DNA of 64,000 bases from Clostridia bacterium (GCA_045600705.1 JAZRYL010000078.1:3699-67698); one strand, 5' to 3'. Counted from the first letter of the stretch, positions 44,958-55,780 are shown. Numbers and translations are program-made. Notes: generated by a model from the letters alone, not told the origin.

Positions 44958-46046
44958 ATGAAATTAGGTGTCGTAGGATTGCCTAACGTAGGCAAAAGCA
45001 CACTTTTCAATGCAATTACAAACGCAGGTGCGGAAGCGGCAAACTATCCGTTCTGTACCATTGAACCGAACGTAGGTGTTGTATCCGTTCCCGACAAGCG
45101 ACTTGACGAGCTTGCGGAAATTTACAATCCTAAAAAAATCACCCCCGCTTTTATTGAATTCGTTGATATCGCAGGCCTTGTTAAGGGTGCGTCACGGGGC
45201 GAGGGTTTGGGAAATAAGTTCCTTTCCCATATCCGTGAGGTAGATGCGATAATTCACGTTGTCCGTTGCTTTGAAGATGCGGACGTTATCCGTGCAGACT
45301 GTTCAAAGGACCCGGTAAGCGACGTTGAAACCGTTAATATCGAACTTATTCTTGCAGACCTTGAAACTTGCGAAAAACGTCTTGATAAGGCAATCAAGGC
45401 GGCAAGAGGCAACGACAAGCTTGCGCAGGAGGAAGTTGAACTTTTAACAAGAATGGTGGCATGGCTTCAGGAAGAAAAGCCCGTCAGAACAATGGAAATG
45501 ACAAAAGAAGAACAGGCACTTGCAAAAACGTTCTTCCTTTTGACCACAAAGCCAATAATTTATGCCGCAAATATTTCCGAAAATGAAATCGGAACTGAAC
45601 CTGAGGGTGTAAAGGCACTTCGCCAAATGGCTGAAAAGGATAATGACCAGGTGCTTGTTATTTCCGCAAGAATAGAAGAAGAACTTTCACAGCTCGACCC
45701 CGATGAAAAACAGATGTTCTTGGAAGAATACGGCTTGAAAGAAAGCGGTCTTAACCGACTTGTAAAAGCAAGCTATACGCTTCTCGGACTTATTTCATTC
45801 CTTACCGCAGGCGAAAGCGAAGTTCGTGCATGGACTATCACCAAAGGAACAAAAGCACCACAGGCGGCAGGAAAAATCCACTCCGACTTCGAACGTGGCT
45901 TCATTCGTGCCGAAATTGTCGGCTATGACGATTTTATGCAGTTTAAGTCATATTCGGTTGCCCGTGAACATGGCTTGGTTCGTTCCGAGGGCAAGGATTA
46001 CGTTATGCAGGACGGCGATATTACACTGTTCAGATTTAACGTATAA
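44958..46046 (+). CDS. ychF: Ribosome-binding ATPase YchF
   Basis: [22 protein letters not shown]-loop, [10 protein letters not shown], and a C-terminal TGS/YchF block ([11 protein letters not shown]). GGAGGA precedes ATG 44958. Confidence 0.9.
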   Translation: MKLGVVGLPNVGKSTLFNAITNAGAEAANYPFCTIEPNVGVVSVPDKRLDELAEIYNPKKITPAFIEFVDIAGLVKGASRGEGLGNKFLSHIREVDAIIHVVRCFEDADVIRADCSKDPVSDVETVNIELILADLETCEKRLDKAIKAARGNDKLAQEEVELLTRMVAWLQEEKPVRTMEMTKEEQALAKTFFLLTTKPIIYAANISENEIGTEPEGVKALRQMAEKDNDQVLVISARIEEELSQLDPDEKQMFLEEYGLKESGLNRLVKASYTLLGLISFLTAGESEVRAWTITKGTKAPQAAGKIHSDFERGFIRAEIVGYDDFMQFKSYSVAREHGLVRSEGKDYVMQDGDITLFRFNV

Positions 46047-46070
46047 TAGACGTATAATTTCAAAATTACA

Positions 46071-46110
46071 AAATAGTGCTATTAAATTACGGTTTTAGCA
46101 CTATTTTTAT
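46071..46110 (+). terminator. Intrinsic terminator
   Basis: AATAGTGCTA ... TAGCACTATT followed by a T-run. Confidence 0.8.
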
Positions 46111-46160
46111 TTATTCGAAAGGGATAAAATTATCATATACGGCTGATGCAGGAGGTCATT

Positions 46161-48665
46161 ATGAAATACAAAAACGAGTATCTTTCGGAAATATCGTTTC
46201 CCTTGGGCGGAATAGGTTCAGGCTCAATAGGACTTTGCGGAAACGGTGCACTTCGTGACTGGGAAATATTCAATCATGCTAACAAGGGAAGCATTAACGG
46301 ATATTCTCATTTTGCCGTAAAGGCCGAATATAAAGGGAAAAAATTCGTTAAGGTGCTTAACGGCGACCATATTTCTTCACTTTCGGGAATTTACGAGCAA
46401 CGTCAGTTCGGCGGTTTTGGCTACGGTCCCGACCAAAGGACTATGTGCGGATTTCCACATTTTTCCAAATGTGAATTCAAGGGCGAATTCCCCATTGCGG
46501 AAATAAAATTTTCGGATAATGAATTCCCCGTTGACGTAAAACTTAAGGCATTCAGTCCGTTTATTCCGCTTGACGAGGATAATTCAAGTTTGCCTGCGGC
46601 GTTCTTTGAAATTTCCGCACAAAATACTCTTGATGCGGATATTGACTTTACCGTGGCATTTTCACTTATGAATCCCTTCAAAAGCGGATATAATACCGCA
46701 AGCGAAAAACGGCTTACATTTTATTCCGCAGAAAATAAGGAAAGTGTGGAATACGGCGATTTGACCGTTGCCACCGACAGCGAAAACTGCGAAATTCAGG
46801 AATATTGGCACAGAACAAGCTGGCACAGTGACAACGTTGTTAAATATTGGGATGAACTGTCAAACGCAAAAAAGATTTGCAACAGACATTACGGCGAGTC
46901 GGCGGAAAAGGACCACGGAACCGTTTATGCCCGTGTAAAGGCAAAAGCAGGGCAGAAAGTGAACGTAAGATTCGTGCTTACGTGGAATATTCCGCGAAGA
47001 AAGAACGATTGGTCAAATGACGGAGTGGACACGGCGTGGAAAAACTATTATGCGGTGATGTTTGAAAATTCCGTTGAAAGTGCCAAATATGCTCTTGAAA
47101 ATTGGAATATGCTTTATTCACGGACGGATATGTTTCGAAAAACGCTGTTTTCGTCAACGCTTGACGTGGCAGTTAAGGAAGCCGCTTCATCGTGTCTTTC
47201 GGTGCTGCGGTCGGCGGCGGTGCTTCGGCTTGAGGACGGCTCATTCTACGGCTGGGAAGGCTTGCATGAAAAATCCGGCTCCTGCGAGGGCACTTGTCAG
47301 CACGTTTACAATTATGCTTACGCTCTTTGCTTTCTGTTCCCGAGGCTTGAAAGATCCGTACGTGACCTTGAATTTAAGTATTCCACGGATAAAAACGGAT
47401 ATATGAGTTTTCGGCTTCAACTCCCACTCGGAAAAAATTTCGGCATTTGGCACGCCTGCGTTGACGGACAAATGGGAACTGTGTTCAAGTGGTACAGAGA
47501 ATGGAAACTTTCCGGCGATACGGCTTGGCTGAAAGAAAATTGGGAGAAAATAAAACTTATTCTTGATTTTGCCCAGTCGGAACAAAATAACGACAAATGG
47601 GATGAAGACGGCGACGGAATTTTAGAGGGCAGACAACATCACACTCTTGATATGGAACTGTTCGGCGCTTCGTCGTGGCTTCAGGGAATGTATGTTCTTG
47701 CACTTAAATGTGCCGTTGAAATGGCGGAATATTTAGGCGATGAGGCGGCAAAAATCAAGTACGGAAAATTCTGTGAAAACGGATACAATTATATTAAAAA
47801 TGAACTGTTTAACGGCAAATACTTTATTCAAAAAATCAATTTGAATGATAAATCCGTGCTTGAAAAGTTCGGCGAATGGGTGGTTAAAAACTATTGGGAC
47901 GAGGAAAGTGAACAGATAAAATATCAGATAGGCGAGGGAAGTTCCGTAGATCAGCTTCTTGCAAAATGGCACGGCAATATTCTCGGAATTGACGGAATAT
48001 TTGATAACGCACAGGCAAAAATCGCATTGCAGAACGTCTATAAGAATAATTTCAAGGAAAACTTGAGAAATGTGGTAAATACCTGGCGTGTGTTTGCACT
48101 TAACGACGAAGCGGGAACGGTTATCTGCGATTATCCCGAGGGCGCAAACAAACCGACTGTGCCCATAACCTATACAGAAGAATGTATGACCGGCTTTGAG
48201 TACGCATTTGCGGGACTTCTTATCAGCGAGGGATTTATCAAAGAAGGCAAAAAAGTCGTAAAGGCGATTCGTGACAGATATGACGGAAAGAAACGCAATC
48301 CTTATAACGAACTTGAATGCGGAAGCAATTATGCCCGTGCAATGGCAAGTTTTGCGCTGATACCCATATTTTCGGGATATTACTTTGACCTGCCGAATAA
48401 GTGCATCGGCTTTGACCCCGTGGAAAAAAAGGACACGTTCATAAGTTTCTTTTCCTGCGGAACATGCTGGGGACAGTTCGAAAAGCACGGCGCAAATGTG
48501 CGAATTAAAATATGCGAGGGCGAAATAGAACTTGAAGAAATTCGTATTCCGTTTAAGAATAAGGTGAAATGCGTGTATGCCGACGGTAAGAAAATTCCCT
48601 TTGAATTCAAAAACGGCTGCCTGAAAATTTCCGCTGCGGCGAAAAAAAGCATCAGAATAGAATAA
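46161..48665 (+). CDS. GH116-family beta-glucosidase (GBA2-type glucosylceramidase-like)
   Basis: N-terminal block FPLGGIGSGSIGLCGNGALRDWEIFN is typical of GH116 N-domains. A large (alpha/alpha)6-type C-terminal region follows. AGGAGG precedes ATG 46161. Confidence 0.7.
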   Translation: MKYKNEYLSEISFPLGGIGSGSIGLCGNGALRDWEIFNHANKGSINGYSHFAVKAEYKGKKFVKVLNGDHISSLSGIYEQRQFGGFGYGPDQRTMCGFPHFSKCEFKGEFPIAEIKFSDNEFPVDVKLKAFSPFIPLDEDNSSLPAAFFEISAQNTLDADIDFTVAFSLMNPFKSGYNTASEKRLTFYSAENKESVEYGDLTVATDSENCEIQEYWHRTSWHSDNVVKYWDELSNAKKICNRHYGESAEKDHGTVYARVKAKAGQKVNVRFVLTWNIPRRKNDWSNDGVDTAWKNYYAVMFENSVESAKYALENWNMLYSRTDMFRKTLFSSTLDVAVKEAASSCLSVLRSAAVLRLEDGSFYGWEGLHEKSGSCEGTCQHVYNYAYALCFLFPRLERSVRDLEFKYSTDKNGYMSFRLQLPLGKNFGIWHACVDGQMGTVFKWYREWKLSGDTAWLKENWEKIKLILDFAQSEQNNDKWDEDGDGILEGRQHHTLDMELFGASSWLQGMYVLALKCAVEMAEYLGDEAAKIKYGKFCENGYNYIKNELFNGKYFIQKINLNDKSVLEKFGEWVVKNYWDEESEQIKYQIGEGSSVDQLLAKWHGNILGIDGIFDNAQAKIALQNVYKNNFKENLRNVVNTWRVFALNDEAGTVICDYPEGANKPTVPITYTEECMTGFEYAFAGLLISEGFIKEGKKVVKAIRDRYDGKKRNPYNELECGSNYARAMASFALIPIFSGYYFDLPNKCIGFDPVEKKDTFISFFSCGTCWGQFEKHGANVRIKICEGEIELEEIRIPFKNKVKCVYADGKKIPFEFKNGCLKISAAAKKSIRIE

Positions 48666-48674
48666 TCAAATACG

Positions 48675-48708
48675 GACGGTAACGGAAGTTGTTACCGTTC
48701 TTTTTTTG
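48675..48708 (+). terminator. Intrinsic terminator
   Basis: ACGGTAAC ... GTTACCGT followed by TCTTTTTTT. Confidence 0.8.
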
Positions 48709-48765
48709 CAAATTTGCCGTTTCGTCGGAATATTTCCGAAAAAATATGAATTTTTTATTTTTATA

Positions 48766-48794
48766 TTGCATTTATTTTTTGAATATGATATAAT
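48766..48794 (+). promoter_or_regulatory. Sigma-A type promoter (TTGCAT-17-TATAAT)
   Basis: Hexamers at 48766-48771 and 48789-48794. Confidence 0.6.
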
Positions 48795-48861
48795 AAGCCA
48801 AGTATATAGGGCAATGCACTTATGTATTAGCATTAAATAATGTTGTGAAAGGAAAATCAAT

Positions 48862-51294
48862 ATGAAAAAAATCACATCAGCAATTCTTACATTGGCTGTT
48901 GCACTCGGATTGCTTTCATCTTTCGGCGCCGTAAATGTTTTTGCGCAGGAAAATGCAGGCGGACTGACAACAGAACAGTGGAAACCTATCGAGATTACCC
49001 TGACAAGTGAAAAGTCATATTCAAATCCTTACAAGGACACTGAAATCAATGCTGTATTCACTCATGAGGACGGCACAACAATTTCAACTCCCGGATTTGT
49101 TAAAGACGGTAAACTTGAATGGGCAGTAAGATTTACTCCTACAAAAATCGGTAAATGGACATACAACGTTACCTGTACCGATGCTGAAAACAAATCTCTT
49201 TTTGCAGACGGCACCGTAAATGCTACGGCATCTACCGGCACAACGGAACTTGCTAAGCACGGCTTTGTAAAAATCAGTGATACAAGCAGATATTTTACAT
49301 ACGATGACGGCACTCCGTTCCTTTGGATGGGTGATACCAACTGGCAGTCACCTAATTTCATTCATACTGCTGAATGTAACTATCCCGGATGCACCTGCGG
49401 CAGTCAGTTGAAGCACGAAGTTGATAACCGTAAAGCAAAAGGCTTTAACGTTTATCAGACATATTTCAGCGGCAGTGTTACCACCGGCATTTGGAAAACG
49501 GCTTTCTCAAAGCCCGATTACGAAAGCTACAATTCAAGAATTGACTTTATGTTTGACTACATTTACAATTCGGATATGGTAATTGCTCTCGGCTTCGGTC
49601 TTCACAGCGGAACACCCACTTCTATCAACGAAGAAGATTTCGTACGCTTTACAAGATACGTTGTTGCACGTTATTCATGCTATTCAATCGTTTGGATAAC
49701 CGGTCAGGAAATCACAAACGTTGAAAAGAGTGCTACTCCCGGCAAAAACTGTATGGAAGTTTTCATGGCAGCGGCAGAAATGGTTGATGCAACCGACGGT
49801 TACAGACATCCCAACGGCGCTCACATGTACCCCATGAAGTCCGACGATGCAAGAGCTAAACTTCTTGACGAACAGTCATGGCATAAGACTTGGATTCTTC
49901 AGGGCGGTCACGGCGCAAAAGTTAAGACCGGCGACTTCTATCAGAGCTATTACAGAAACGCTTCAGGTACTGTTAAACCCTTTATCGAAGGCGAATGTAA
50001 CTACGAGGATATCAACTGCGGTGGATTTACCGGCTACGATGCTCCCCGTATGTGCGCATGGAAGGCAATGATTTCCGGCTGCGCAGGATTTACATACGGC
50101 GGTTCGGGTATCTGGATTGACGCATATACAAGAACAGATGCAAGATGCTTGGGCGAAGATTCTTCATACAGTTACGATTTGTGGTACATGGGACTTGATA
50201 AGCCCGGTTCATTTGAAATCACTTACCTTAAGAACTTCCTTACAACTTTGCCCGATTGGACAAAACTTGTTCCCAGATATAACATTGCAATGTACGCTGA
50301 TTTCTTCAATGTTGAAGAAAAGGACGTTGCAACTACTGATGATATGCGCACAGTTTTCGCATATTTCTATAACAAGGATAAAACATCGGGAACTGTTAAG
50401 ACATTGGATTCTTCATTGTCATACAATGCTTATTGGTATAACCCGCTTACCGGCAAGTACATCATTATTGATACAAACATCACTTGCGCAGACGGAACAT
50501 ATACGCTTCCCGAAAAGCCCACGGCAGGCGATTGGGCATTCCTTATGACTGCCGACAAGCTTAACAACGATGTTTACCTTGAAGAAACATTCAAGGATCC
50601 CGGAACAAGCGAAGTTGAAGGTACTGCAGTTTATCCCAAAAAGATAAGCGCATTGGGCGGTGTCTATACAGAAGGCAAAAAGATTATTGATAACACAATC
50701 AATCTTTTCGACGGCAAAACAACCACAACATGGAAGCCTTTTGCTAACCGTTCATCACAGACATTCTTCCTTGATTTAGGCGAAGCACAGGATCTTACAC
50801 ATCTTGTAATCACTCCTGCTGCAGGAACAATCATCCCCAATATCAGGGTTGATGCTTCAAACGATAACGAGCATTGGACAATTCTTGTAAACAATTCACT
50901 TCGTGAAAACGACATTGACGCAAACGGAAATGTTTCCGAAAAACTTTCCGGCGGATTCAGATACGTTAAGATTATTCTTCTTAATGCTAAGACACTTGAT
51001 CCTAAGGAAACGGCTGACCTTAATTACAGAGTATTCTTTAACGGTCAGACAAAGAACAGTTATTCCGAAACGGAAATTGCCGATATTGCAATTTACTCAA
51101 ACGGTGTTTCTGCTAATCCCTTTGAGGAAAAGGTTCTTACCGTTGACGGTAAAATCTCCGGCGCATCAGATGTAACAGTAGCAGGTAACTCATCAAACAT
51201 TCAGGTTCCCGCAATCATTGTTCTTGCGGCAGGTGTTGTATGTGCTTGCGTTGCAGGTGTAGTTGTTCTTAAAAAGAAAAAAGAAAATAAATAA
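48862..51294 (+). CDS. Surface-anchored DUF5060/DUF4038 (GH140-like) glycoside hydrolase with a discoidin (F5/8 type C, CBM32-like) module
   Basis: Signal peptide, then a DUF5060-like block (GKLEWAVRFTPTKIGKWTYNV) and a DUF4038-like block (YFTYDDGTPFLWMGDTNWQ). A discoidin-like region follows (NLFDGKTTTTWKPF...FFLDLGEAQDLTHLVI). The C-terminus is a TM helix plus LKKKKENK. Confidence 0.6.
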   Translation: MKKITSAILTLAVALGLLSSFGAVNVFAQENAGGLTTEQWKPIEITLTSEKSYSNPYKDTEINAVFTHEDGTTISTPGFVKDGKLEWAVRFTPTKIGKWTYNVTCTDAENKSLFADGTVNATASTGTTELAKHGFVKISDTSRYFTYDDGTPFLWMGDTNWQSPNFIHTAECNYPGCTCGSQLKHEVDNRKAKGFNVYQTYFSGSVTTGIWKTAFSKPDYESYNSRIDFMFDYIYNSDMVIALGFGLHSGTPTSINEEDFVRFTRYVVARYSCYSIVWITGQEITNVEKSATPGKNCMEVFMAAAEMVDATDGYRHPNGAHMYPMKSDDARAKLLDEQSWHKTWILQGGHGAKVKTGDFYQSYYRNASGTVKPFIEGECNYEDINCGGFTGYDAPRMCAWKAMISGCAGFTYGGSGIWIDAYTRTDARCLGEDSSYSYDLWYMGLDKPGSFEITYLKNFLTTLPDWTKLVPRYNIAMYADFFNVEEKDVATTDDMRTVFAYFYNKDKTSGTVKTLDSSLSYNAYWYNPLTGKYIIIDTNITCADGTYTLPEKPTAGDWAFLMTADKLNNDVYLEETFKDPGTSEVEGTAVYPKKISALGGVYTEGKKIIDNTINLFDGKTTTTWKPFANRSSQTFFLDLGEAQDLTHLVITPAAGTIIPNIRVDASNDNEHWTILVNNSLRENDIDANGNVSEKLSGGFRYVKIILLNAKTLDPKETADLNYRVFFNGQTKNSYSETEIADIAIYSNGVSANPFEEKVLTVDGKISGASDVTVAGNSSNIQVPAIIVLAAGVVCACVAGVVVLKKKKENK

Positions 51295-51333
51295 TTGCGT
51301 TTAGTACGGCAAATATTGTTTTCAGAAAATTTT

Positions 51334-51370
51334 AAGGTGAAATACGAAATTCGTATTTCACCTTTTTTTA
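51334..51370 (+). terminator. Intrinsic terminator
   Basis: 14-bp stem AAGGTGAAATACGA / TCGTATTTCACCTT followed by TTTTT. Confidence 0.85.
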
Positions 51371-51380
51371 TGACTTTAGG

Positions 51381-51425
51381 TTGGCTTGCGGAAGCAAGCC
51401 AAAGAACCACCCGTTTGACGGGTGG
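51381..51425 (+). other. Two adjacent GC-rich hairpins without U-tracts
   Basis: The first is TTGGCTTGC-GGAA-GCAAGCCAA (51381-51402). The second is CCACCCGT-TTG-ACGGGTGG (51407-51425). Both lie just after the real terminator. Confidence 0.6.
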
Positions 51426-51470
51426 ACATGACTTTGCGCCGAATATACAATTTTTTTGCTTTAATATACA

Positions 51471-51499
51471 TTGAAATTAGTGCTTTGATGTACTATAAT
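51471..51499 (+). promoter_or_regulatory. Sigma-A type promoter (TTGAAA-17-TATAAT)
   Basis: Hexamers at 51471-51476 and 51494-51499. Confidence 0.6.
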
Positions 51500-51531
51500 T
51501 ATGTTGTAATTATAGTAAAAGAGGTAATTCT

Positions 51532-53262
51532 ATGGATAATGAATTTTTCAAACCGTATTATGACGAAATATACAATGTTAAGACGGAAAAACGTTATTTC
51601 GTTTATGACAGAGAAAAACTTAGAATTGAACCGATTTTTCCGTATCTTGTACTTGACGGCGGTGCATTTTTCTTAATGAACGAAAAATTCGGCGGAACTG
51701 ATGCAAAAACGCTTCTTGAAAAAACTTTATCGGGCGAGGTATTTGACTTCATCCGTGACAAAGACGGTAAAATCAATTGGGGAATTTCCTATGAAAAAAG
51801 CGCTGAATACGGAATTAACAAAAAGCACGAATGGCAAAGCTGGCCGCAGCGCCTTTATATGCTTCTTCCTCTTGCGCAGGAATATATGAAAACAGGCGAC
51901 AGAAAATATTCGGATAAATGGTTCGAGATTTTCTCAAAATGGGTAGAGGAATGTCCGTACGAAACGTTCAATCCCGAACTGAATCACGTTTATACGTCTA
52001 TGAAATGGCGTGATATGCAAATAAGTTGGCGTACGTTGACGATAATATACAGTGTATATATGCTCGGTCAAAATTCGCCGTTTGATAAAAATCAATGGAA
52101 GTATATCTATGATTTCCTTGAACTTTCTTTTAATCATCTCGTTCTTGAATGCGAATATAATATGGGCAAAAATATGTTCGGAAATCACGTGCTTCAAAAA
52201 GCTTCGGGGCTTGTTACCGGTGCAGTTATGTTCCCCGAAATGAAAGACAGCCAAAAATATCTTGAAGTGGGCGAAAAAACAATGCTTTTCTGCCACGAAA
52301 ATTCAATTCTTGCTGACGGCTGCTCAACGGAAGCAAGTCCGAGTTACAGCCACTTTATTGCCCGACTTTACGTGGAAGCGGAAATGAATCTTGAACGCAA
52401 CGGCTATCCGCAAATGGACGGCATCCACGATTCGATTATCAGACAGTATCAGTGGCTTGCAAAAATGTCATATAAAAACGGCAGAACCGTTCGCACCGGC
52501 GATTGCTACGGTATGGATGCGCACGCAGATATTTGCCGAGTTGCTGAAATTGTCGGATTTACTCCCGACTTTACCAAAAAAACAGAGTTCTTGAAGGACT
52601 CACAAACTGCAATGATTCGTGGCGATAGAACGGAACTTTTCTTTGACGGAATGAAGCACTACGGCGGACATCAGCACGGAAGCAGACTCAACCTCATTTA
52701 TTACGTTGACGGAACCCCCGTTCTTACCGAATTAGGATGCTGCAGTTACGATTGGCAGGAAAGTTATCATACAGTGGGAAATAAAGCTTCCCATAACGTT
52801 GTTTACAGTAATGATTTTGCTTTATGGGAAACTCAAACTACGGTTGAGGACGTTACGTTTGACGAAAAGACCAATACCGTATCGGGTAAGGTAACGTATA
52901 AGGACAAAAATCACGAACTTGTTTGGAAGCGTACCGCATGTCTTGACGGAATGAAGCTTACAATTAAGGATGAAATCAAAGCAGATAAACCGCTTAACGT
53001 ATGCGGAAACTTCTTCTTTGCCGATAAGGGAATGACTCTTGATGATATATGGTATATGGGCGATGAATTAACATCAAAGGGCGAAGAAAGCGAATTTAAG
53101 GTGCTTCACGGTCTTGACCTTGTTACGGTAAAAAGTACCGAAAAACTTACACTTTCGTGTGTTCCTTGCCTGAACGACGACAATCAGCAGGATAGAGCAA
53201 CTCGACTCAGATGGAATGATTTTACGGACGAAAAGACGGTCATTACCGAAATAATGTTATAA
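51532..53262 (+). CDS. Heparinase II/III-like (alginate-lyase superfamily) protein
   Basis: The N-terminal (alpha/alpha) toroid-type region has W/R-rich blocks (WQSWPQRLYML, MKWRDMQISWRTLT). The C-terminal beta-sandwich contains GHQHGSRLN and ASHNVV, as in heparinase II/III C-domains. No signal peptide is present. Confidence 0.45.
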   Translation: MDNEFFKPYYDEIYNVKTEKRYFVYDREKLRIEPIFPYLVLDGGAFFLMNEKFGGTDAKTLLEKTLSGEVFDFIRDKDGKINWGISYEKSAEYGINKKHEWQSWPQRLYMLLPLAQEYMKTGDRKYSDKWFEIFSKWVEECPYETFNPELNHVYTSMKWRDMQISWRTLTIIYSVYMLGQNSPFDKNQWKYIYDFLELSFNHLVLECEYNMGKNMFGNHVLQKASGLVTGAVMFPEMKDSQKYLEVGEKTMLFCHENSILADGCSTEASPSYSHFIARLYVEAEMNLERNGYPQMDGIHDSIIRQYQWLAKMSYKNGRTVRTGDCYGMDAHADICRVAEIVGFTPDFTKKTEFLKDSQTAMIRGDRTELFFDGMKHYGGHQHGSRLNLIYYVDGTPVLTELGCCSYDWQESYHTVGNKASHNVVYSNDFALWETQTTVEDVTFDEKTNTVSGKVTYKDKNHELVWKRTACLDGMKLTIKDEIKADKPLNVCGNFFFADKGMTLDDIWYMGDELTSKGEESEFKVLHGLDLVTVKSTEKLTLSCVPCLNDDNQQDRATRLRWNDFTDEKTVITEIML

Positions 53263-53271
53263 TCTGATAAA

Positions 53272-53308
53272 AATAAAACGAACCTTGAACATTCAAGGTT
53301 CGTTTTGT
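53272..53308. terminator. Bidirectional intrinsic terminator
   Basis: 15-bp stem AAAACGAACCTTGAA / TTCAAGGTTCGTTTT. Confidence 0.85.
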
Positions 53309-54109
53309 CTATTTCTTTTTCTTGTAAAACTGTTCTTTGTATGCTTCGGGTGACATTCCCGTTTTTTGCTTAAATGAATGTAAAAATCCCGATAAAGAGC
53401 CAAATCCCGAATTAAAGCACACGTCTGTAACGGACATTCCTGTTTTTAATAGCATTTTTGCACAGTTGACTTTTTTGCCGTTAAGGTAACTTATGTACGT
53501 TTCACCCGTTTCCTGCTTAAAAAGATTTCCGAAATATACGGGAGAAAGACACGCTTGCTCGGCTACGGCTGAAAGAGTGGGGCTTTCTCTAAAATGTGCT
53601 TCAATGTATAAAATTGCTTTTTTAATAGGTGAAATGTATGCGTCTTTTTCAGGTGTGTTTAGAATTACAGTCATAATATAATCGCAAAGCGGTTGAACAA
53701 AACCCGATGTTTCGTTTTCTTCTTCTAAAAGCTTTGCCGCTATGTTAAGCTTGGAAAGTTCTTCTTCGGAAAGAACTCTGCAAACACGGTTACTGTATAT
53801 TTCTTCTAAGCGGTTAGGCGAAATTACCGTTTCGTCAAAGGAAATATTCCATTGATTGGCAACACCGTCCAGTTCTACCGAATGGAAGTCCGACGGAGAT
53901 ACGATATATACGCTCCCCGGCTGAATGGGATATGTTTTTCCGTTAAAAATATGCTTGCCTTTTCCGTCAAGAATAATTTCTATTTCGTAGTAATCGTGGG
54001 CGTGCATAGGAAAAGAATGAGTATTTCTCAACTTAATATTTAAATGCTTGCCTTCCGGAATGTATTTGGATGACGAAAGTCTTAATTCTTTTTTCAAATC
54101 TATCACCAA
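53309..54109 (-). CDS. AraC-family transcriptional regulator (cupin plus HTH)
   Basis: N-terminal cupin-like sugar-binding half (FPMHAHDYYEIEII). C-terminal double HTH (SPVYFGNLFKQETGETYISYLN...GFGSLSGFLHSFKQKTGMSP). Confidence 0.85.
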   Translation of the reverse strand: MVIDLKKELRLSSSKYIPEGKHLNIKLRNTHSFPMHAHDYYEIEIILDGKGKHIFNGKTYPIQPGSVYIVSPSDFHSVELDGVANQWNISFDETVISPNRLEEIYSNRVCRVLSEEELSKLNIAAKLLEEENETSGFVQPLCDYIMTVILNTPEKDAYISPIKKAILYIEAHFRESPTLSAVAEQACLSPVYFGNLFKQETGETYISYLNGKKVNCAKMLLKTGMSVTDVCFNSGFGSLSGFLHSFKQKTGMSPEAYKEQFYKKKK

Positions 54110-54240
54110 TTAAATTGTACTATATTTTTTTAAGAAAATCAACATAAATCTTGAAATATTGCGAATAATTCTTGCATTTGCTATTGAAAAAGAGCACTTG
54201 ATGATGTAAAATTTATAAAAAAGAACAGGGAGGTTGTAAC

Positions 54241-55182
54241 TTGTATTTAGGAATTGATATCGGCGGAACAAAATGCGCAATCTGCGTAGGCAATGAACTC
54301 GGTCAAGTGATCGAAAAAATTAAATTCGCCACAACAACTGTAAATGAAACGGTTGAAAACATTAAATTAAATGCCGTTAAACTGAATGAAAAGTATAATC
54401 CCGTTTCGGCAGGTGTTTCCTGCGGCGGACCTCTTGATGAAAACAAGGGTATAATAATGTGTCCGCCCAATCTTCCGGATTGGGATAACGTAGAAATAAA
54501 GAAGATCCTTGAAAACGCATTGGGTATTTCCGTTGGGGTAAGAAACGATGCAAATGCTTGCGCTATGGCGGAATTTTACTTCGGGGCAGGCAGAGGCTGT
54601 AAAAATATGGTGTTCATGACATTCGGCACGGGATTAGGTGCGGGACTTATTCTTAACGGAAAACTGTATTCCGGCACAAACGGTTTTGCGGGGGAATTAG
54701 GTCATATTCGACTTGATAACTTTGGTCCGTCGGGCTACGGAAAGTGCGGCTCTTTTGAGGGATTTTGTTCGGGAAGCGGACTTAAAGAGCTTGGCAGAGC
54801 AATGGCGAGGGAAGCAATTCAGCGAGGCGAAAAGGTTGAATGGGCAAAGGACGGAATTGACTCCGTTGACGTTGCCGCTATGGCTGAATATGCACGCAAG
54901 GGCGACGTAATCGCAAAAAACGTTTTCGATATTTGCGGAAAAAAATTGGGACAAGGACTTTCCATTGTGGTGGACCTTCTTAACCCCGAAAAAATAATAA
55001 TAGGAAGCGTTTTTGCTCGTTGCGAGGATTTACTTCGTGAACCGATGGAAAGCATTCTTAATAAAGAAGCACTGAGCGATGCTGTAAAGGTGTGCAAGGT
55101 TTGCGCACCGGAGCTTTTGGAAAACATAGGTGATGCGGCGGCACTTGCAGTGGCAAGAGAGGTAGAAAATGAAACATATTGA
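54241..55182 (+). CDS. ROK-family sugar kinase
   Basis: YLGIDIGGTKCA ATP-binding N-terminus, GELGH, and a partial Cys-rich ROK motif (GKCGSFEGFCSG). The TTG start follows GGGAGG. Confidence 0.7.
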   Translation: MYLGIDIGGTKCAICVGNELGQVIEKIKFATTTVNETVENIKLNAVKLNEKYNPVSAGVSCGGPLDENKGIIMCPPNLPDWDNVEIKKILENALGISVGVRNDANACAMAEFYFGAGRGCKNMVFMTFGTGLGAGLILNGKLYSGTNGFAGELGHIRLDNFGPSGYGKCGSFEGFCSGSGLKELGRAMAREAIQRGEKVEWAKDGIDSVDVAAMAEYARKGDVIAKNVFDICGKKLGQGLSIVVDLLNPEKIIIGSVFARCEDLLREPMESILNKEALSDAVKVCKVCAPELLENIGDAAALAVAREVENETY

Positions 55183-55771
55183 TATACTAAAAGAAAGATA
55201 TGCACAATTGAATATATGTGCAGAAGATATAGAACGAGCGGTTTTATTGATTGAAGAAATGTATAAAAGCGATAATAAGCTTTTGCTTTGCGGCAACGGA
55301 GGAAGTGCGGCTGACTGCGAGCATATTTCGGGAGAATTACTTAAAGGTTTCCTGCTTAAAAGGGAAGTGACCGAAAATATCGAAGTGGAAGAAAGCGTAA
55401 AGTCCAATTTACAAAAGGGCGTGCCGGCTATTCCGCTTACAAGTCTTTCGTCGTCACTTACCGCATTTGCCAATGACGTTGAACCGTCACTTTGCTTTGC
55501 TCAACTTTGCTTTGCACTTGGCAAAAAGGATGATGTGCTTTTTGGCATTTCCACATCCGGCAATTCAAAAAACGTGGTTGAAGCGGTAAAGGTTGCTAAA
55601 GCCATTGGGATAAAAACCGTCGGTCTTACGGGCTCAAAAGGCGGAAAATTAAAAGAATTATGTGATGTGTGCATTTGTGTTCCCGAAAACGAAACGTTCA
55701 AGATTCAGGAATTACATTTGCCGGTGTACCACGCTATTTGCGCTCAGGTTGAAGAAGATTTATTTGGTTGA
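55169..55771 (+). CDS. SIS-domain phosphoheptose isomerase (GmhA)-like protein
   Basis: LLLCGNGGSAADCEHISGEL, GISTSGNSKNVVEAVKVAK..GIKTVGLTG and ETFKIQELHL closely follow the GmhA/DiaA pattern. Confidence 0.65.
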   Translation: MKHIDILKERYAQLNICAEDIERAVLLIEEMYKSDNKLLLCGNGGSAADCEHISGELLKGFLLKREVTENIEVEESVKSNLQKGVPAIPLTSLSSSLTAFANDVEPSLCFAQLCFALGKKDDVLFGISTSGNSKNVVEAVKVAKAIGIKTVGLTGSKGGKLKELCDVCICVPENETFKIQELHLPVYHAICAQVEEDLFG

Positions 55772-55780
55772 GGTGATTTT

